A stretch of 64,000 nt of DNA from an uncultured Gammaproteobacteria bacterium (GTDB lineage: Bacteria; Pseudomonadota; Gammaproteobacteria; CAWCPV01). Location: NCBI GenBank assembly GCA_963797555.1, contig CAWCPV010000004.1, positions 768,001 through 832,000 of the forward strand. The letters are read 5' to 3'. The notes under the pieces were generated by a model. That model made no database searches. It was not told the origin of the DNA and saw only the letters and a program-made list of their open reading frames with translations. The position numbers and the translations under genes were made by a program. Below, in pieces: positions 32,817-43,455 of the stretch (positions are counted from its first letter, which is position 1; each line of letters opens with the position of its first letter).

Positions 32817-33209
32817 ACCGTGCCCAAAGCAGTTATTGTCGATGCGTTTGAGGCAGCCATACGTGTAGGAAATTCGGAGTTGTTCAAGTCATATTTAACG
32901 GAAGATGCCTTACTGCAGATTGGCAACCGGGCCGAGGTGACTGGCCCTCAGCCTATTTGGGATTACCTGATGAAACTCTTCTCGTCCCGACTGCTAATAT
33001 CCGGTATGACCGCAAAAGCTACTTGGGAGATCGAGAATCTCTACATCATGGAAATGGATGTAAAGGGGGCTCGTGTGCGCGACGGCAAACCTGTCGAGTA
33101 TCCCTGCGTTGAGACTTATCGCTTTCGGGACAACAAGCTCAGTGAATGGCGGATATACCCGCTGGAGCCAGAATTACTCGCAGACGAATCTCTGATATCC
33201 AAGGCATGA
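32268..33209 (+). CDS. Double NTF2/SnoaL-like domain protein B
   Basis: First 183 aa identical to protein A. Different second NTF2 domain (YIMEMDVKG...YPCVETYRF...EWRIYP). Confidence 0.8.
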   Translation: MTEERASGVMSDTVVRLFGRGEAFDSEGFIGFFTDKPMYQFGNGEPCLNKAAIKASVDNFFGSVAALYHDIRNLWEVGDVVFVEMDVTYWRKDGTSITLPCCDIFRFSGDQVAELRIFMDANPVFDKSMVVSASASVMTVSEGKRVTPPGTMRKYFAEHPEGIARATHGFPPKWSIAGPKWPITVPKAVIVDAFEAAIRVGNSELFKSYLTEDALLQIGNRAEVTGPQPIWDYLMKLFSSRLLISGMTAKATWEIENLYIMEMDVKGARVRDGKPVEYPCVETYRFRDNKLSEWRIYPLEPELLADESLISKA

Positions 33210-33529
33210 TGATGTATGTATAGCTTGCGCAACTGACCGCTTAAAGCGGATGGAGTTGTTGCGCGCCTCGGCACGGTGGCCTGGTACCAGGGGTAATCCC
33301 CCGCGACAGCGCCGTCGAGGCTGTCGCAACGAAGCAACGCAAGGGCGGACGGCGTGGAAGCGAGCGTGGGCTATCACCGACGAAGTCTCGCCGAAACCGT
33401 CATCCGCAACGTCCTTTCCGCCCGGCATTTCCTTCGAAACGGCCGCTCCACCGCCAATGGTCCGGAGGTCATCCATAAAGCGGCCGACTTTCTTGTGCGT
33501 CGGCATTGACGCCGCGGTGTGAGGGTACC

Positions 33530-34228
33530 ATGATCGAAACGTCTACCCAGGTGCTGCGAGTGCGGGAGGAGACGCCAAGCGTTCGCTCAATTCTGCTCGC
33601 GAAGCCTGACGGGCTCTGGTTCGAAGTGAGTCAGGCCATGATGCTGACGCTCGCGAGCCCTGCCGGGATGGTCCGCCGTCCCTTCTCCATCGCAAGCGCG
33701 CCAGGACGTAATTACCTCGAGTTTGCGGCGCGTCGTTCGGAGAGCGACTTCAAACGCGCGTTCTTCGCGCTCCATCCCGGCGACCACGTGGGTCTCCGCG
33801 GCCCGCGCGGAGAGTTTTTTCTCGAGCGTCACCGCCCAGCAGTGCTCATTGCGGGCGGAATCGGCATCACGCCGCTGAAGAGCATGATCGAGTATGCGAC
33901 GGACGAGGCGCTCTCGACGCAGCTCGTGCTCGTGTACGGCAATCGCTCTCCCGAGGAGATCGTCTTCCGCGATGACCTTGACGCCCTCGCAGAGGCGAAT
34001 GCCGGCCTGCGTGTAGTTCACACCGTGACGGAGCCATCGCCGGATTGGTCGGGACGGGTGGGGCGCATCGACCCGGCTCTGCTCGGCCAAGTCGCCCGCG
34101 ACGTGCCAACGGCTTTTCATTACATTGCAGGACCGCCGCGCTTTGTGCAGGCCATTTACGCGATGCTCGCGTCGCTCGACGTGCCCATCGCAGATATCCG
34201 GATCGAGATGTTCCGGGGCTACGAGTGA
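33530..34228 (+). CDS. FAD/NAD(P)-binding oxidoreductase (ferredoxin-NADP reductase family)
   Basis: RPFSIAS, GPRGEF, IAGGIGITP, YIAGPP, EMF. Confidence 0.9.
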   Translation: MIETSTQVLRVREETPSVRSILLAKPDGLWFEVSQAMMLTLASPAGMVRRPFSIASAPGRNYLEFAARRSESDFKRAFFALHPGDHVGLRGPRGEFFLERHRPAVLIAGGIGITPLKSMIEYATDEALSTQLVLVYGNRSPEEIVFRDDLDALAEANAGLRVVHTVTEPSPDWSGRVGRIDPALLGQVARDVPTAFHYIAGPPRFVQAIYAMLASLDVPIADIRIEMFRGYE

Positions 34229-34407
34229 ACCCTGTGGCACATCGCACCGAATGGCTGCCATGCTACCGTCCTCGGCGAGATCTTCACTCGACACCGTCTC
34301 CCCATCTAAAGCAAGCGGCATGACAGGGTGCATACGTGAGACATGGCAGTAAAGCCGGATAGACCCGACCGTTTGCAAAGGTGGTCGAGGCCGACGACCG
34401 CGGCAAT

Positions 34408-34447
34408 GTGAAATCACTTTCAAGTAAGGTAGGTCGTATGCGCGTGG
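34408..34447 (+). repeat. Degenerate third copy of palindrome-cored repeat
   Basis: GTGAAATCACTTTCA...TAGGTCGT..GCGCGTGG resembles 35338-35378. Confidence 0.5.
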
Positions 34448-34795
34448 GGGGGGTGTAGCATCTCTCAAGACCTCTGGGGCTTGACTGGAGTCCGTTCGCG
34501 GCTGGGGGGCGCACAAGGGGGCAGTGCGTGCTACAGTATCTGTCGCGGGTTGCGACCCCTCCTGAAGGAGCTGATGGAGGACTCTAAGTCAGAACGCGTC
34601 CGGCTGCTTGTCTGGGTGTCTTTGGAGCTGAGCGGACTGACCACACCCGACACGGACAAGCTCTTGTCGATGATGATGGCCGGCAAACATAGCTGGCTAC
34701 AGTACCCGCTGGCCTTCGCGGCGCTGGGGCCGGTACGAGGCTGTGGGTTAGTGCGCGCATAGACTTTGGATGACGGCGTTTTGAGGAGTACCTAC

Positions 34796-35131
34796 ATGGG
34801 AAAGAAGTTATACGTCGGGAACTTGGGTTACGGCATTCGCAGCAGTGACCTGGAACAGCTATTCGCAGCTCATGGCACCGTTCGCTCTGCCGAGGTAATC
34901 ACGGATCGCACCACCGGGCAATCCAAAGGGTTCGGCTTCGTTGAGATGAGCAGCGACCAGGAAGCAAAAGCGGCCATCGCCGCCCTCAACGGCAAGGATA
35001 TGGGCGGTCGGGCGGTAACGGTCAATGAGGCCCGTCCCAAGGAAGAAGGTGGCGGTCGTGGCCACGGTGGTTATGGCCGGGGTGGAGGCGGCAGAGGCGG
35101 GGGCTATGGAGGCGGAGGACGCCGGTACTAG
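34796..35131 (+). CDS. RRM-domain RNA-binding protein with Gly-rich tail
   Basis: KLYVGNL (RNP2), KGFGFVEM (RNP1), VNEARP, GGGRGG tail. GAGGAG RBS. Confidence 0.95.
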   Translation: MGKKLYVGNLGYGIRSSDLEQLFAAHGTVRSAEVITDRTTGQSKGFGFVEMSSDQEAKAAIAALNGKDMGGRAVTVNEARPKEEGGGRGHGGYGRGGGGRGGGYGGGGRRY

Positions 35132-35269
35132 CAAGCGCGCGATTCGCTGACGCGTGGGCCGCCATGAACTCCTGTCCCGGAAGCGCGGTAGCGGTCAAGG
35201 TCAGTCAGAGGCTGGCGGGAGGCTCCTAGTGGCCCGCAGACCGCCTACAAGCCTCGCCAGAGGGGGGGA

Positions 35270-35359
35270 ATAGGAAGGGATGGCCCTCTGGGCCGTGTTG
35301 GACTGCCGCAGAGAAGGTAAGGGGTAAGTGAAAGCAAGTGAAATCAATTTCACTAGGGC
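35270..35359 (+). repeat. ~90-bp imperfect direct repeat, copy 1, with palindrome AGTGAAATCAATTTCACT
   Basis: Matches 38159..38248. Palindrome at 35337-35354. Confidence 0.9.
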
Positions 35360-35587
35360 TGATAGGTCGTGCGCGTGGAGTGTGGCGCCGTATCCCCCAG
35401 AAGGTCATCGAGACCCGCTAACGAGGTCCTGAAAAGGAGGGTATCACCCTATGGATGTCCATTGGGGGTGTGACACTTCAGTCGCGGGGCGAGCATGCCA
35501 CAAAAGGATAAGTGTGAGCTTTGCGCCCTGAAAGTGATCTTCGACCAAGACGCGGTTAGGGGCGGTACCGGGAAGACCGAAAACTAT

Positions 35588-35796
35588 ATGGCACTGTTAC
35601 GCGAATTGCAGGAGCAAGGAGATAAAATGTCCCAGATTTCATCCTGAACATGGGTCTCACGGTCCCTGAAGCGCTCTCCCTGAATGTTGCCAGGAGCACA
35701 GACAAGCTAACTGCGGGTCTCTACCGAATGACCTGGGTGATTCTTTGTCTCACAGTTTTGGCCGTCGTAGTCGCAGTGATTTCGGTAGTACGGTAG
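35588..35796 (+). CDS. Small membrane protein (possibly frameshifted; 48 aa from ATG 35650)
   Basis: ...STDKLTAGLYRMTWVILCLTVLAVVVAVISVVR* forms a single C-terminal TM helix. Confidence 0.35.
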
Positions 35797-35949
35797 CAAG
35801 TCGGATAGAACGCTAAAGGGTGAGAACGCCAGCAGCTTAGACAGGGTAGCAAGTGGTTCGTTTAGCGAGGGCCATGGTAAGCCTCACAGGTCCTCCGGGC
35901 AGGCGTTGGCACGCTACATACCGCTACTGTGCGAATCGGTGCCACCCAT

Positions 35950-36415
35950 TTAGCGGCCCAGGCGTGGTTCGTTGGGCGGGGTATTGCTTTCCGATGTCAA
36001 TGGTCCCCACAAAAGAAACGTGTCAACTAAGTGTTCTACGTTGTATCTCTTCGCGATGACCGACATTTTATCGACGTAGTTCATAGCGCTTTCTTCGTCA
36101 CGGACTTGAGCTTCTAATTTAACCAGTTCGGCCAGTTCGTTTTTGGATGCGAAACCTTGAATACGGAATAAGAATCTATTGACTTCGTGTGCGAAACGGC
36201 TTCGAAAAACAAACTAACGGTCGCCATGCAAATGTCATCCAAATGAACCAGACCGTGCCGGCGACCCATATCGCGGATGAAGATATCCGATAAAAGTCAA
36301 GGCGGGAACGAATGACAAGAAGCTCGTTGTTGATTGTGTCGGATGCATTTCTTTGCTTTGCTGTTTTGGGTGACCCACATCGAACGAGCTAACGAACTGC
36401 TTGTTAGAATTGACG
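35950..36415 (-). pseudogene. Low-GC gene fragment next to IS1380
   Basis: Protein-like frameshifted pieces (DTINNELLVIRSRLDFY..WVAGTVWFIW / FAHEVNRFLFRIQGFASKNELAELVKLEAQVRDEE). A possible 5' end MSDLSRLRQTERARLMWLK lies beyond the IS at 37754-37813. Confidence 0.35.
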
Positions 36416-36419
36416 AACC

Positions 36420-37753
36420 TGATGCTGTTCCGCCAGGCGTTGGGGCTGGAGCGGGTACCCTCGCCAGAAACGCTGAGGCAGCGTCTTGACGAGCACGCAG
36501 CGGTCCTGCGGGAGGTCATTGACGAGGCCGATATCGAGTTCATGGTCAACGCCAAGGCACCGGTCAGTGCGCTCAAGACCGGTCATGTGCCGGTGGACAT
36601 CGATGTCTTTCCCATGGACAACTCCGGGACCAAGCAAGAAGGGGTCTCGCGCACCTACCACGGCTATGACGGTTATGCGCCGATCGCGACCTATGTGGGA
36701 ACCGAAGGGTGGTGCGTCGGCTGTGAGCTGCGAGAAGGCAAGCAGCACAGTCAGAAGGAATTCGGCTACGTCTGGGAGCGCATCCTGCCGCGGGCCAGGC
36801 GCCTGACCAAACTGCCGCTGCTGGTGCGCCAGGACAGCGCCCACGACGCCTTGGAGAACCGGCTGCGCTACCTCGAAGAGGAGGTGGACTTCATTATCCA
36901 GTGGAACCCTCGGGGCGAGGACCCTGCCCATTGGCTGGAGCGCGCCGAGCGCCAAGGGGCATGGGAGACACCCCGACCCCGGCAAGCGCGTGGCGCTGTT
37001 CAGCGTCGTCGAGGAGCACCCCCATCGGGAGCACACCTACCACGTTCGCCGGGTGATGCGGGTGACCGAGCGCACCATCGACAAGAAGGGCCAGGCGCTG
37101 TTGGTACCGGAGCTGGAGCTCGATGGCTGGTGGACCTCGCTCGCCTATCCGGACGCGGAGATCGTCGCCCTGTACCGTGACCACGGCACCTCCGAGCAGT
37201 TCCACAGCGAGTTCAAGACCGACCTCGATATCGAACGGCTGCCCTCCGGGAAATTCGACACCAATGACCTGGTGCTCGCCTTTGCCGTGTTCGCCTACAA
37301 CATCCTGCGCTTCATCGGGCTCATCGGGCTGACCGGCGAGTCGGCTCCCCTGCGCCATCCGGCCAAGCGCCGGCGGATCAAGACCGTCCTCCAGGAACTG
37401 ATGTACCTCGCCGCCCGGTTGGTCGCCACCGCCCGCAGACTGAAGCTGCGCTTCAGCCGGCTCTGTCCCGGCTTCCGCGCCTTCGAGCAGCTGTATTACC
37501 AACTCGCCTTCGGGTAGCTAGGACGACCTCCATAGAAACTCGACCCGGGCCTCACCAGACCCCGGTGTAAACCTACGCCCGAAATTCAGCGTCCAAGCCT
37601 CAAAGCCCCGCCGTCACTCCTGCGCCGACGAGGGTCTACGCCCGCTGTACATAGCCGGCGTCACCGGTTGGCTAAAAACTAACCAACTCAACTGAGAATA
37701 GCTCCCATTCTCTCGCGCCCCGGGCGCTCGGAGATTCAAGTCACGGATCCAGG
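36420..37753 (+). mobile_element. IS1380-family element, 5'-truncated, transposase frameshifted at ~36980
   Basis: FRQALGL.RVPSPETLRQRLD, DIDVFPMDNSGTK.EGVSRTY, LYRDHGTSEQFHSEFKTDLDIERLPSGKFDTN. Right end TTCAAGTCACGGATCCAGG (37735-37753) fits the CCT... terminus of IS1380 elements. Confidence 0.9.
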
Positions 37754-38110
37754 ACTCTTTAACCACATCAATCGTGCTCGTTCAGTCTGACGAAGTCTTG
37801 AAAGATCACTCATGACAGTACCCGCTTGACCAACCCATTGTAACCCTTTCCAATTAAGCGTAGCAGGCTTTGTCTAGCGGTCAACCAAGGGAGCGCTCTG
37901 GGGTGTCTGTGCGTTGGGAAGGGTTCAGTGGGAGGGGTAAAGGCAGATCTCGGCTCCTGGGGCTTCTCAGAGCGTCTAAGCGCATGGACTACGCGAGAAG
38001 GAGCGTGACGAACGAGAGTGACCGAGGCAGAGGGGGGATTCTATGGCTTGGGGAAGGAAGCCCCAGCCCGACTTTCTCAACTGGAGGGGTTAACGGTCGG
38101 GAGAGGCGCA

Positions 38111-38137
38111 TAAAAAACTCCTGCCCCGGACGCAGGA
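38111..38137 (-). terminator. Rho-independent terminator-like hairpin
   Basis: TCCTGC-loop-GCAGGA followed by a T-run on the minus strand. Confidence 0.45.
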
Positions 38138-38158
38138 AGCCCGCAAAGGCACCGGGCC

Positions 38159-38248
38159 ATAGGAAGGGATAGCCCTGGGCAGTGTTGGACTGCCGCAGAG
38201 AAGGCAAGGGGTAAGTTTGGAATCAAGTGAAATCAATTTCACTAGGGC
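38159..38248 (+). repeat. ~90-bp imperfect direct repeat, copy 2
   Basis: Matches 35270..35359. Palindrome at 38226-38243. Confidence 0.9.
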
Positions 38249-38452
38249 CGGAGTCTACCAGTCAGTGCGAGCTTTACGATCCGCATTTCGCATAAGTTGA
38301 CAGTACCCCGCTGCCGGCACTCCATACGCCGTCGGGCTCGCAACTTCCGGTCGGCTGAACCGCTCGCTCCCGCGGCCTGACAATCGCGTCACAGCGTTTG
38401 ATGGCTATCCCCGCCTCCGATCGGCCATCGCACGATAACAGCGGATACAAGC

Positions 38453-39035
38453 TCAGTTCGACGCGCCGGTTCTTCGCCCGCCCTCCGGCGTATCGTTCGA
38501 CGCAACCGGATCGGCATCGCCAAATCCCTTGGCGGCCACGAGGCCCGGTTTCACGCCCTGCGAAATCAGGAACTGCATCACCGCATCGGCCCGCATCTGC
38601 GATAGCATCTGGTTGGAGGTGATGCCGCGGGCCGCCAGTTCCGGACCGATCGGCGTGCTGTCCGTGAAGCCGCTGACGTAAAGCCTGTTCTGCTGCGTCG
38701 GCGCGAGCTTCCGCACCAGCCGCGCAATGGACTGCTTGCCGGCTTCGGACAGTTGCCACCCCCCCGGTGGGAACAACATGTCGCTGTCCAGGGTGTAAAC
38801 AACGGCGGCGGCACCAAGGAGCGCGTCGAAGCAGCCGGCGGAGAGTTGCATCGCGTGCTCTTTCATGCACGCCTTGATATGCCCCTCGCCCGGCGGCACG
38901 CTGGAGCAGAAGCGCGATATCGGCGCCGCAGGCGCGCGCAAGCTCGGCTCTGCTCGGGATCGGTGCATCCTGCGCGTGTGCGGTTTGTGCGGTCAGCGCC
39001 AGGGCGGCGGCAATAGCGAAACCTGTGCTCGTCAT
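38453..39035 (-). CDS. Secreted protein: Cys-rich repeat plus OmpA/MotB peptidoglycan-binding domain (two frameshifts)
   Basis: Signal peptide MTSTGFAIAAALAL..AHA. ACGADI/FCSSVPPGEGHIKACMKEH...C repeat. OmpA-C part DMLF...VSGFTDS...LSQMRADAV...GFG...RAKNRRVE, split over two frames. Confidence 0.7.
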
Positions 39036-39630
39036 TCGGCCTCTCCCGCGGAGGATTAGGAAATCCAACGGCTCTAGGCAGTGAGGAGTGTAGGGTCGGG
39101 GCGCGCAGCCGGTCAAGGCGCGGGAAGTGGTGTCGGTCGAGAAGGCCGGGTCGGGGGCTGCGGTTGGGATGTTTGGCGGCGAGCAGGGCGAACGCTGCTA
39201 TGCTCCAAAACCGGCGAGCGCCCGATTCGCTGATGCGGGGCCGCCATGAACCCTCCCCAGAACCCCCGGTAGGGGTCAAGGTCCAGTTGCATGTTGGGGG
39301 AGGTATTAGTCCCCAAGCCAGCGCCATGATGGCTGTGATCCAGTCATGATTACGGCGAGACACCCGAGAGACAGGCCCGCCCCCTGGAGAGTGGCCCGAG
39401 AGATGCCCGGGTTGCTGATCCGGTGTGCGACTGGTAGGTGATAGAATGCTGAGGAGAGGGGGGAGATCCTCAGGGGAGATCTTCAAAGGGAGATCCTTCG
39501 GTACGCCTACCGCTTCTTCTCCGATTGCCTACTCCATGCCTACTGGACTGTTTGGCCGTCGAACGATGTTCCGCAAATGCCTTGTGCCAGTTGCCGAATG
39601 CGACGGGTCCCAGGTGGAGACGTGCTAACC

Positions 39631-40769
39631 TCAAATTCTGGAGGCTGCACCGAGCCTTTCCAGACCCATCGCCACCATATACTGCCGCGCGCTGAACTCC
39701 ACCGCGTAGCACTGGGCCGCAGACTGCAGGAACTCGGAGCCCAAGGGGTCGTTCAGCGTATCTAACATTGCCGCGGCCAGCGCTTCCGCGTCACCCACGG
39801 GCACGAGCGGACCGAAACGGCCGTCCTGAAGGATCTCCCGGGGGCCGCTTGGGCAGTCGGTGGCGACCACCGGTACTCCGAGGGCAAGGGCTTCCACCAG
39901 AACGTTCCCCAGACCTTCCCAGGCCGAAGACAGCACGAACAGCCGTGCCCGCGACGTGTATGCGTGAGGATTCGACACGAAACCGGGCATCGCAAGAATC
40001 CCCTGCGACGCCCAGTTGAGTGGCAAGCGTCTCGAATCTCGGGCCGGAGGTGTCCCTCGCCAAGTATCATGAGCCGGCACGGGCGCTCTCGCCGGACGCG
40101 CGTAAAGGCTCTTAGGAGCGTGAGGAAGTCCTTCTGCGGCTCTAGGCGGCCGGCACCCATGACCACCGGCGTATGACCGTCGTCGAGCCAGGGGTGAGGT
40201 ACGGGCGCTCGAGCCAGCGAGAACATCTCCTGGGTCACGATCGGATTCGGTATGACCGCGAAAGCTTCGCCGCGCCAGTCCATGAGGCGGGCAAAATCCT
40301 GGGCGACCCCTTGCGAGACTGCGATGATGCCCTCGTTGCGCGGGTAGTAGCGACGCATGTACCGGAGTTGTGACCGGCGCTTTCTCTCACTCAGACTTCC
40401 GAGCTGTTGAGTAAGGTTGGTGTCGATGGTGGCATAGACACGAGTGCGTGCCCGGGATAACGCCCGTGCCCTGAGCGCAGCAACGTCGACCCGGATGCGC
40501 GAGGCAAGGAGCGCGTCCGGCTTGGCGCGCCAGAGGTAGTTTGCGAGGAACGGAACGGCATGGAGCGCATGGGAAGTTCCCACCCGTAGCACGCTTATCC
40601 GGGGATCGAGCTGTGCATGGTAGGGGCTGTCCGCCCGTGCGGTCAGAAGGTCCACCTGGACACCTTGCCGCGTCAGCTCGTTTGCCAGATTGGTGCGGAC
40701 CTTCCCGATACCGCCCTGACCCAGAGAGTCGACGAATACCGCAAGCCTTCGTAAATTTGGAGACGGCAC
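39631..40769 (-). CDS. GT4 glycosyltransferase (frameshift at ~40020)
   Basis: [55 protein letters not shown]. Confidence 0.9.
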
Positions 40770-40866
40770 TGGAAGAGTCCGCCTTTGCGTGCGTCAGCAT
40801 AAGTTCGGGGACCGCGGGATGGCTCGCGAAGCGAAGGGCGCGGCTTCGCTACGGCGGATGGCTGGC

Positions 40867-41850
40867 CTACCCCCGGGCCTGCGGGTCGAGCAGAAACCTC
40901 AGCGGGTGGCGGCGTAAATTGCGCCAGCGCCACCTCGCCACGCGACGCGGCAAGCCTTGCGGATCCGCCCCGCGCTCGTGTGCCAGCCGGGCCACCTTGC
41001 GCTGCGCCATCCAGTCGAACAGCTTCTGGTGGATCACGTAACCCCGTTGCTGGTCGTATTTCAGCAGTCGCTTCGGAGTGAGATGTCTGTCACCGTGCGG
41101 CTCCGAGAGCCCGAGTTCCAGCAGCAGGGACGGCCGCACATGACCCTGGGCGACCTCATCCCTGACGAACTGCGGGCTGAGCGAGCCGTGGGCCAGCATG
41201 AGCTTCGCCTCATCTATCCAGTAGTGCCCCAGGGGGTGACACGGATAGACCCAGGGCTGTGTCTTGATCCTCGTGTAGTGCAGCAGGCGGGTCTGTTCGG
41301 TGAACTCGTCGAGGGCGTTCCACCCAACCGGTAGTCGGTCCTGAAGCTCCCCCTCCTTCAACAGAGGACAGACCGACATGAGTTGCTCATAGTCATAATC
41401 GACGCCGAGGCGTGCAATGATCTCCTCCGGGTCCCAGCGCAGCGCCGCGCAGTCCAGCACCATCACCGCGGTGAGCCGGCCCTTGCCGCGCGAGGTGCCG
41501 GTCACTCTCTCGACCAAGACCTTGGCTCCATTGAAGGGGGCGTTCCAGATCTCGCGAATGTCGGCGAATACGAGCATGTCCGAATCCATGTAGATCGCTC
41601 GCCCCTGATAGCCCGTGAGCTTTGGTATCGCGAAGCGCCCATAGGAGAAATTGGTGTAGGGAAGAAACCGCACGTCCGGCGGCGCCGGAGCCAGCGAGTT
41701 GTCCACCGTGCGCATCTCGACAGCGAGCGCGGTATGGCGTTTGATGGAATGCTCCAGCACTTTGAACGGGAGCGCCTCGGTGAAATGCGCGCCCACAAAG
41801 ATCCGAACGGCTTCGCCCGACGGCACTTGGTCATGTTCCGTAAGGGTCAT
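40867..41850 (-). CDS. GT-A (GT8-like) glycosyltransferase
   Basis: IFVG, TNFSYGRFAIP, RAIYMDSDML (DxD), WNALD, LLHYT..TQPW. Confidence 0.85.
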   Translation of the reverse strand: MTLTEHDQVPSGEAVRIFVGAHFTEALPFKVLEHSIKRHTALAVEMRTVDNSLAPAPPDVRFLPYTNFSYGRFAIPKLTGYQGRAIYMDSDMLVFADIREIWNAPFNGAKVLVERVTGTSRGKGRLTAVMVLDCAALRWDPEEIIARLGVDYDYEQLMSVCPLLKEGELQDRLPVGWNALDEFTEQTRLLHYTRIKTQPWVYPCHPLGHYWIDEAKLMLAHGSLSPQFVRDEVAQGHVRPSLLLELGLSEPHGDRHLTPKRLLKYDQQRGYVIHQKLFDWMAQRKVARLAHERGADPQGLPRRVARWRWRNLRRHPLRFLLDPQARG

Positions 41851-42866
41851 GATGTGTCCTCGGGGCGGCTCAGGCTCCGCCCTGTGGTGGTGGGGAGGCC
41901 CGCCACGGGTCTCTGCTGCCCGGCGCCGCCCATGGCGAGTGCCGAATCCAGGGAGAGCCTCGGTATGACGACTGCTGGCAGCCGGCTGCGGGGCGCCAGG
42001 TTGAATATCTCGATCCCAGCGGCATCTGCGACGGTCCGTGCTAGCTCGAACGCCGGCAGGATGTAGGGCTCGAAGTCCCGGTATAGGTGGGTCCGCGTCG
42101 CCGCCTTCCCCCGCTCGTAGAATCGCGTGTAACTGCCGCCGGCGCCGAGGTCCATGCCCAGGATGTAGATGCGCCGGAAACCTAGCGCTCGGCAGACCTG
42201 AAGCGCGGCAAACACGACCGTCTGCCCGGTGAAGACCCCCTTGTCTAAGCGCTCGCTAAATCCGACTCGCCCCTCCGTGAGCCGCGCCGTGGGGTGAAGG
42301 TGCACCCCGTCCTGTCCCTCCGCCCAGGCGTCGAATGCGGCGGGCGGAAGCTGCGGCACACCGTAGACCGCGTTCATTTCCGCGAAGAGGAACAGGTTGT
42401 CGCGGCCGAGGAGTTCGGGCTCGCGCTCGGCAATTTCGCTGAGCACCCGAAAAGTGAACAGGCAATTGGCATCCGAGAGTATGGCCTGGCGCACCAAGTC
42501 GAAGCGGTTTCTGGCAAATGTTCGATCGGCGACAATGTGATAGGTGAACCGAACACCCGTCTCGAACGACTTGACGATGCTACCGTTTACTCCGAAGCAC
42601 ACCCGATCCCGGAGCTTGGGGAAATCCACCTCGGACAATGACGGGCCGCTTGCGACGATGAAAACCTCCTGGGAGTCGGGTCTGGAGAGCGCGCTCAGCG
42701 GGTTCGTTTGACCCACGACTTGTCCCCTCCAGATGATCGAGGACGAACCGGGACGACCACCTCCTTCCTGCAAACGAAAGTCGGGGTGCAGCGTGCGCAT
42801 GTGCCCGAAAGGCGGCTTAATGCCGCGTCGATAGAGCCTCTTCCGAAGCTTGCTGATAATCCTCAT
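41847..42866 (-). CDS. WaaZ/DUF115-like LPS sugar transferase
   Basis: FIVASGPSL...FGVNGSI, GFS..GVFTGQTVVFAALQ...IYILGMDL. Start at MRIISKL (42866). Confidence 0.7.
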   Translation of the reverse strand: MRIISKLRKRLYRRGIKPPFGHMRTLHPDFRLQEGGGRPGSSSIIWRGQVVGQTNPLSALSRPDSQEVFIVASGPSLSEVDFPKLRDRVCFGVNGSIVKSFETGVRFTYHIVADRTFARNRFDLVRQAILSDANCLFTFRVLSEIAEREPELLGRDNLFLFAEMNAVYGVPQLPPAAFDAWAEGQDGVHLHPTARLTEGRVGFSERLDKGVFTGQTVVFAALQVCRALGFRRIYILGMDLGAGGSYTRFYERGKAATRTHLYRDFEPYILPAFELARTVADAAGIEIFNLAPRSRLPAVVIPRLSLDSALAMGGAGQQRPVAGLPTTTGRSLSRPEDTS

Positions 42867-43069
42867 GCCTTCGCCAGAGCGGCTCGCGGTGCCAACGCAC
42901 GATTTGACATTATATCGGGACCGGCGGGCCGGCGCGGCCCCCTGCCGCCCGCGGCGGCTGTGTACTGGCATATACTGTAACCGTGAGGTTGCCGGAGCCA
43001 CACAGGCACCGGGAGTGGATCTGCGATCGGGATGGGTCGCGATCGGTTTCGGGGAGGGCGTTGCAAGCC

Positions 43070-43381
43070 ATGGCGAAGCTCGCGAAGGGCGCTAGATTCA
43101 TTGGGGTGCGTGTCCAGCCGCACGGGATCACGGTCTCGGATGCCGCCACCGAGGTTTCCTTCTTCAATATGGGGGAGCTGCTCGAACTCAGCGCGCTGAT
43201 CGAGGTCGGGCTCGGGCCCTACACGATCAAGGACATCGAGGGCGAAAAATGGAAGGCCGTCCTCAGCGGTCCGCAGATCCTGTTCATGTCGTCGGCACAT
43301 GGCGTACTCCGGGTCGGACGGAGGGACTTGTTGGACGCCCTGTATCAGGTCCAAGGGAATTTCCTACTGCCGCCCGCTTGA
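43070..43381 (+). CDS. Hypothetical protein (103 aa)
   Basis: ATG 43070 after GGAGG, host-like codon usage. Confidence 0.55.
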   Translation: MAKLAKGARFIGVRVQPHGITVSDAATEVSFFNMGELLELSALIEVGLGPYTIKDIEGEKWKAVLSGPQILFMSSAHGVLRVGRRDLLDALYQVQGNFLLPPA

Positions 43382-43455
43382 GGCGCGGAACACATCCTGG
43401 CCGCAGTCGGTCGCCGTGCGAGTGCTCCGGCGGGTCTCGAGGTCCGGGCGCTTGC

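Noticed and set aside
35270-38248. CRISPR array or integron attC array
   Set aside because: Only 2-3 repeat copies kilobases apart, no regular spacers, no cas or intI gene, and no RYYYAAC...GTTRRRY attC structure.
39461-39497. Three GGGAGATC direct repeats
   Set aside because: Too short and isolated to assign as iterons or operators, with no adjacent rep or regulator gene.
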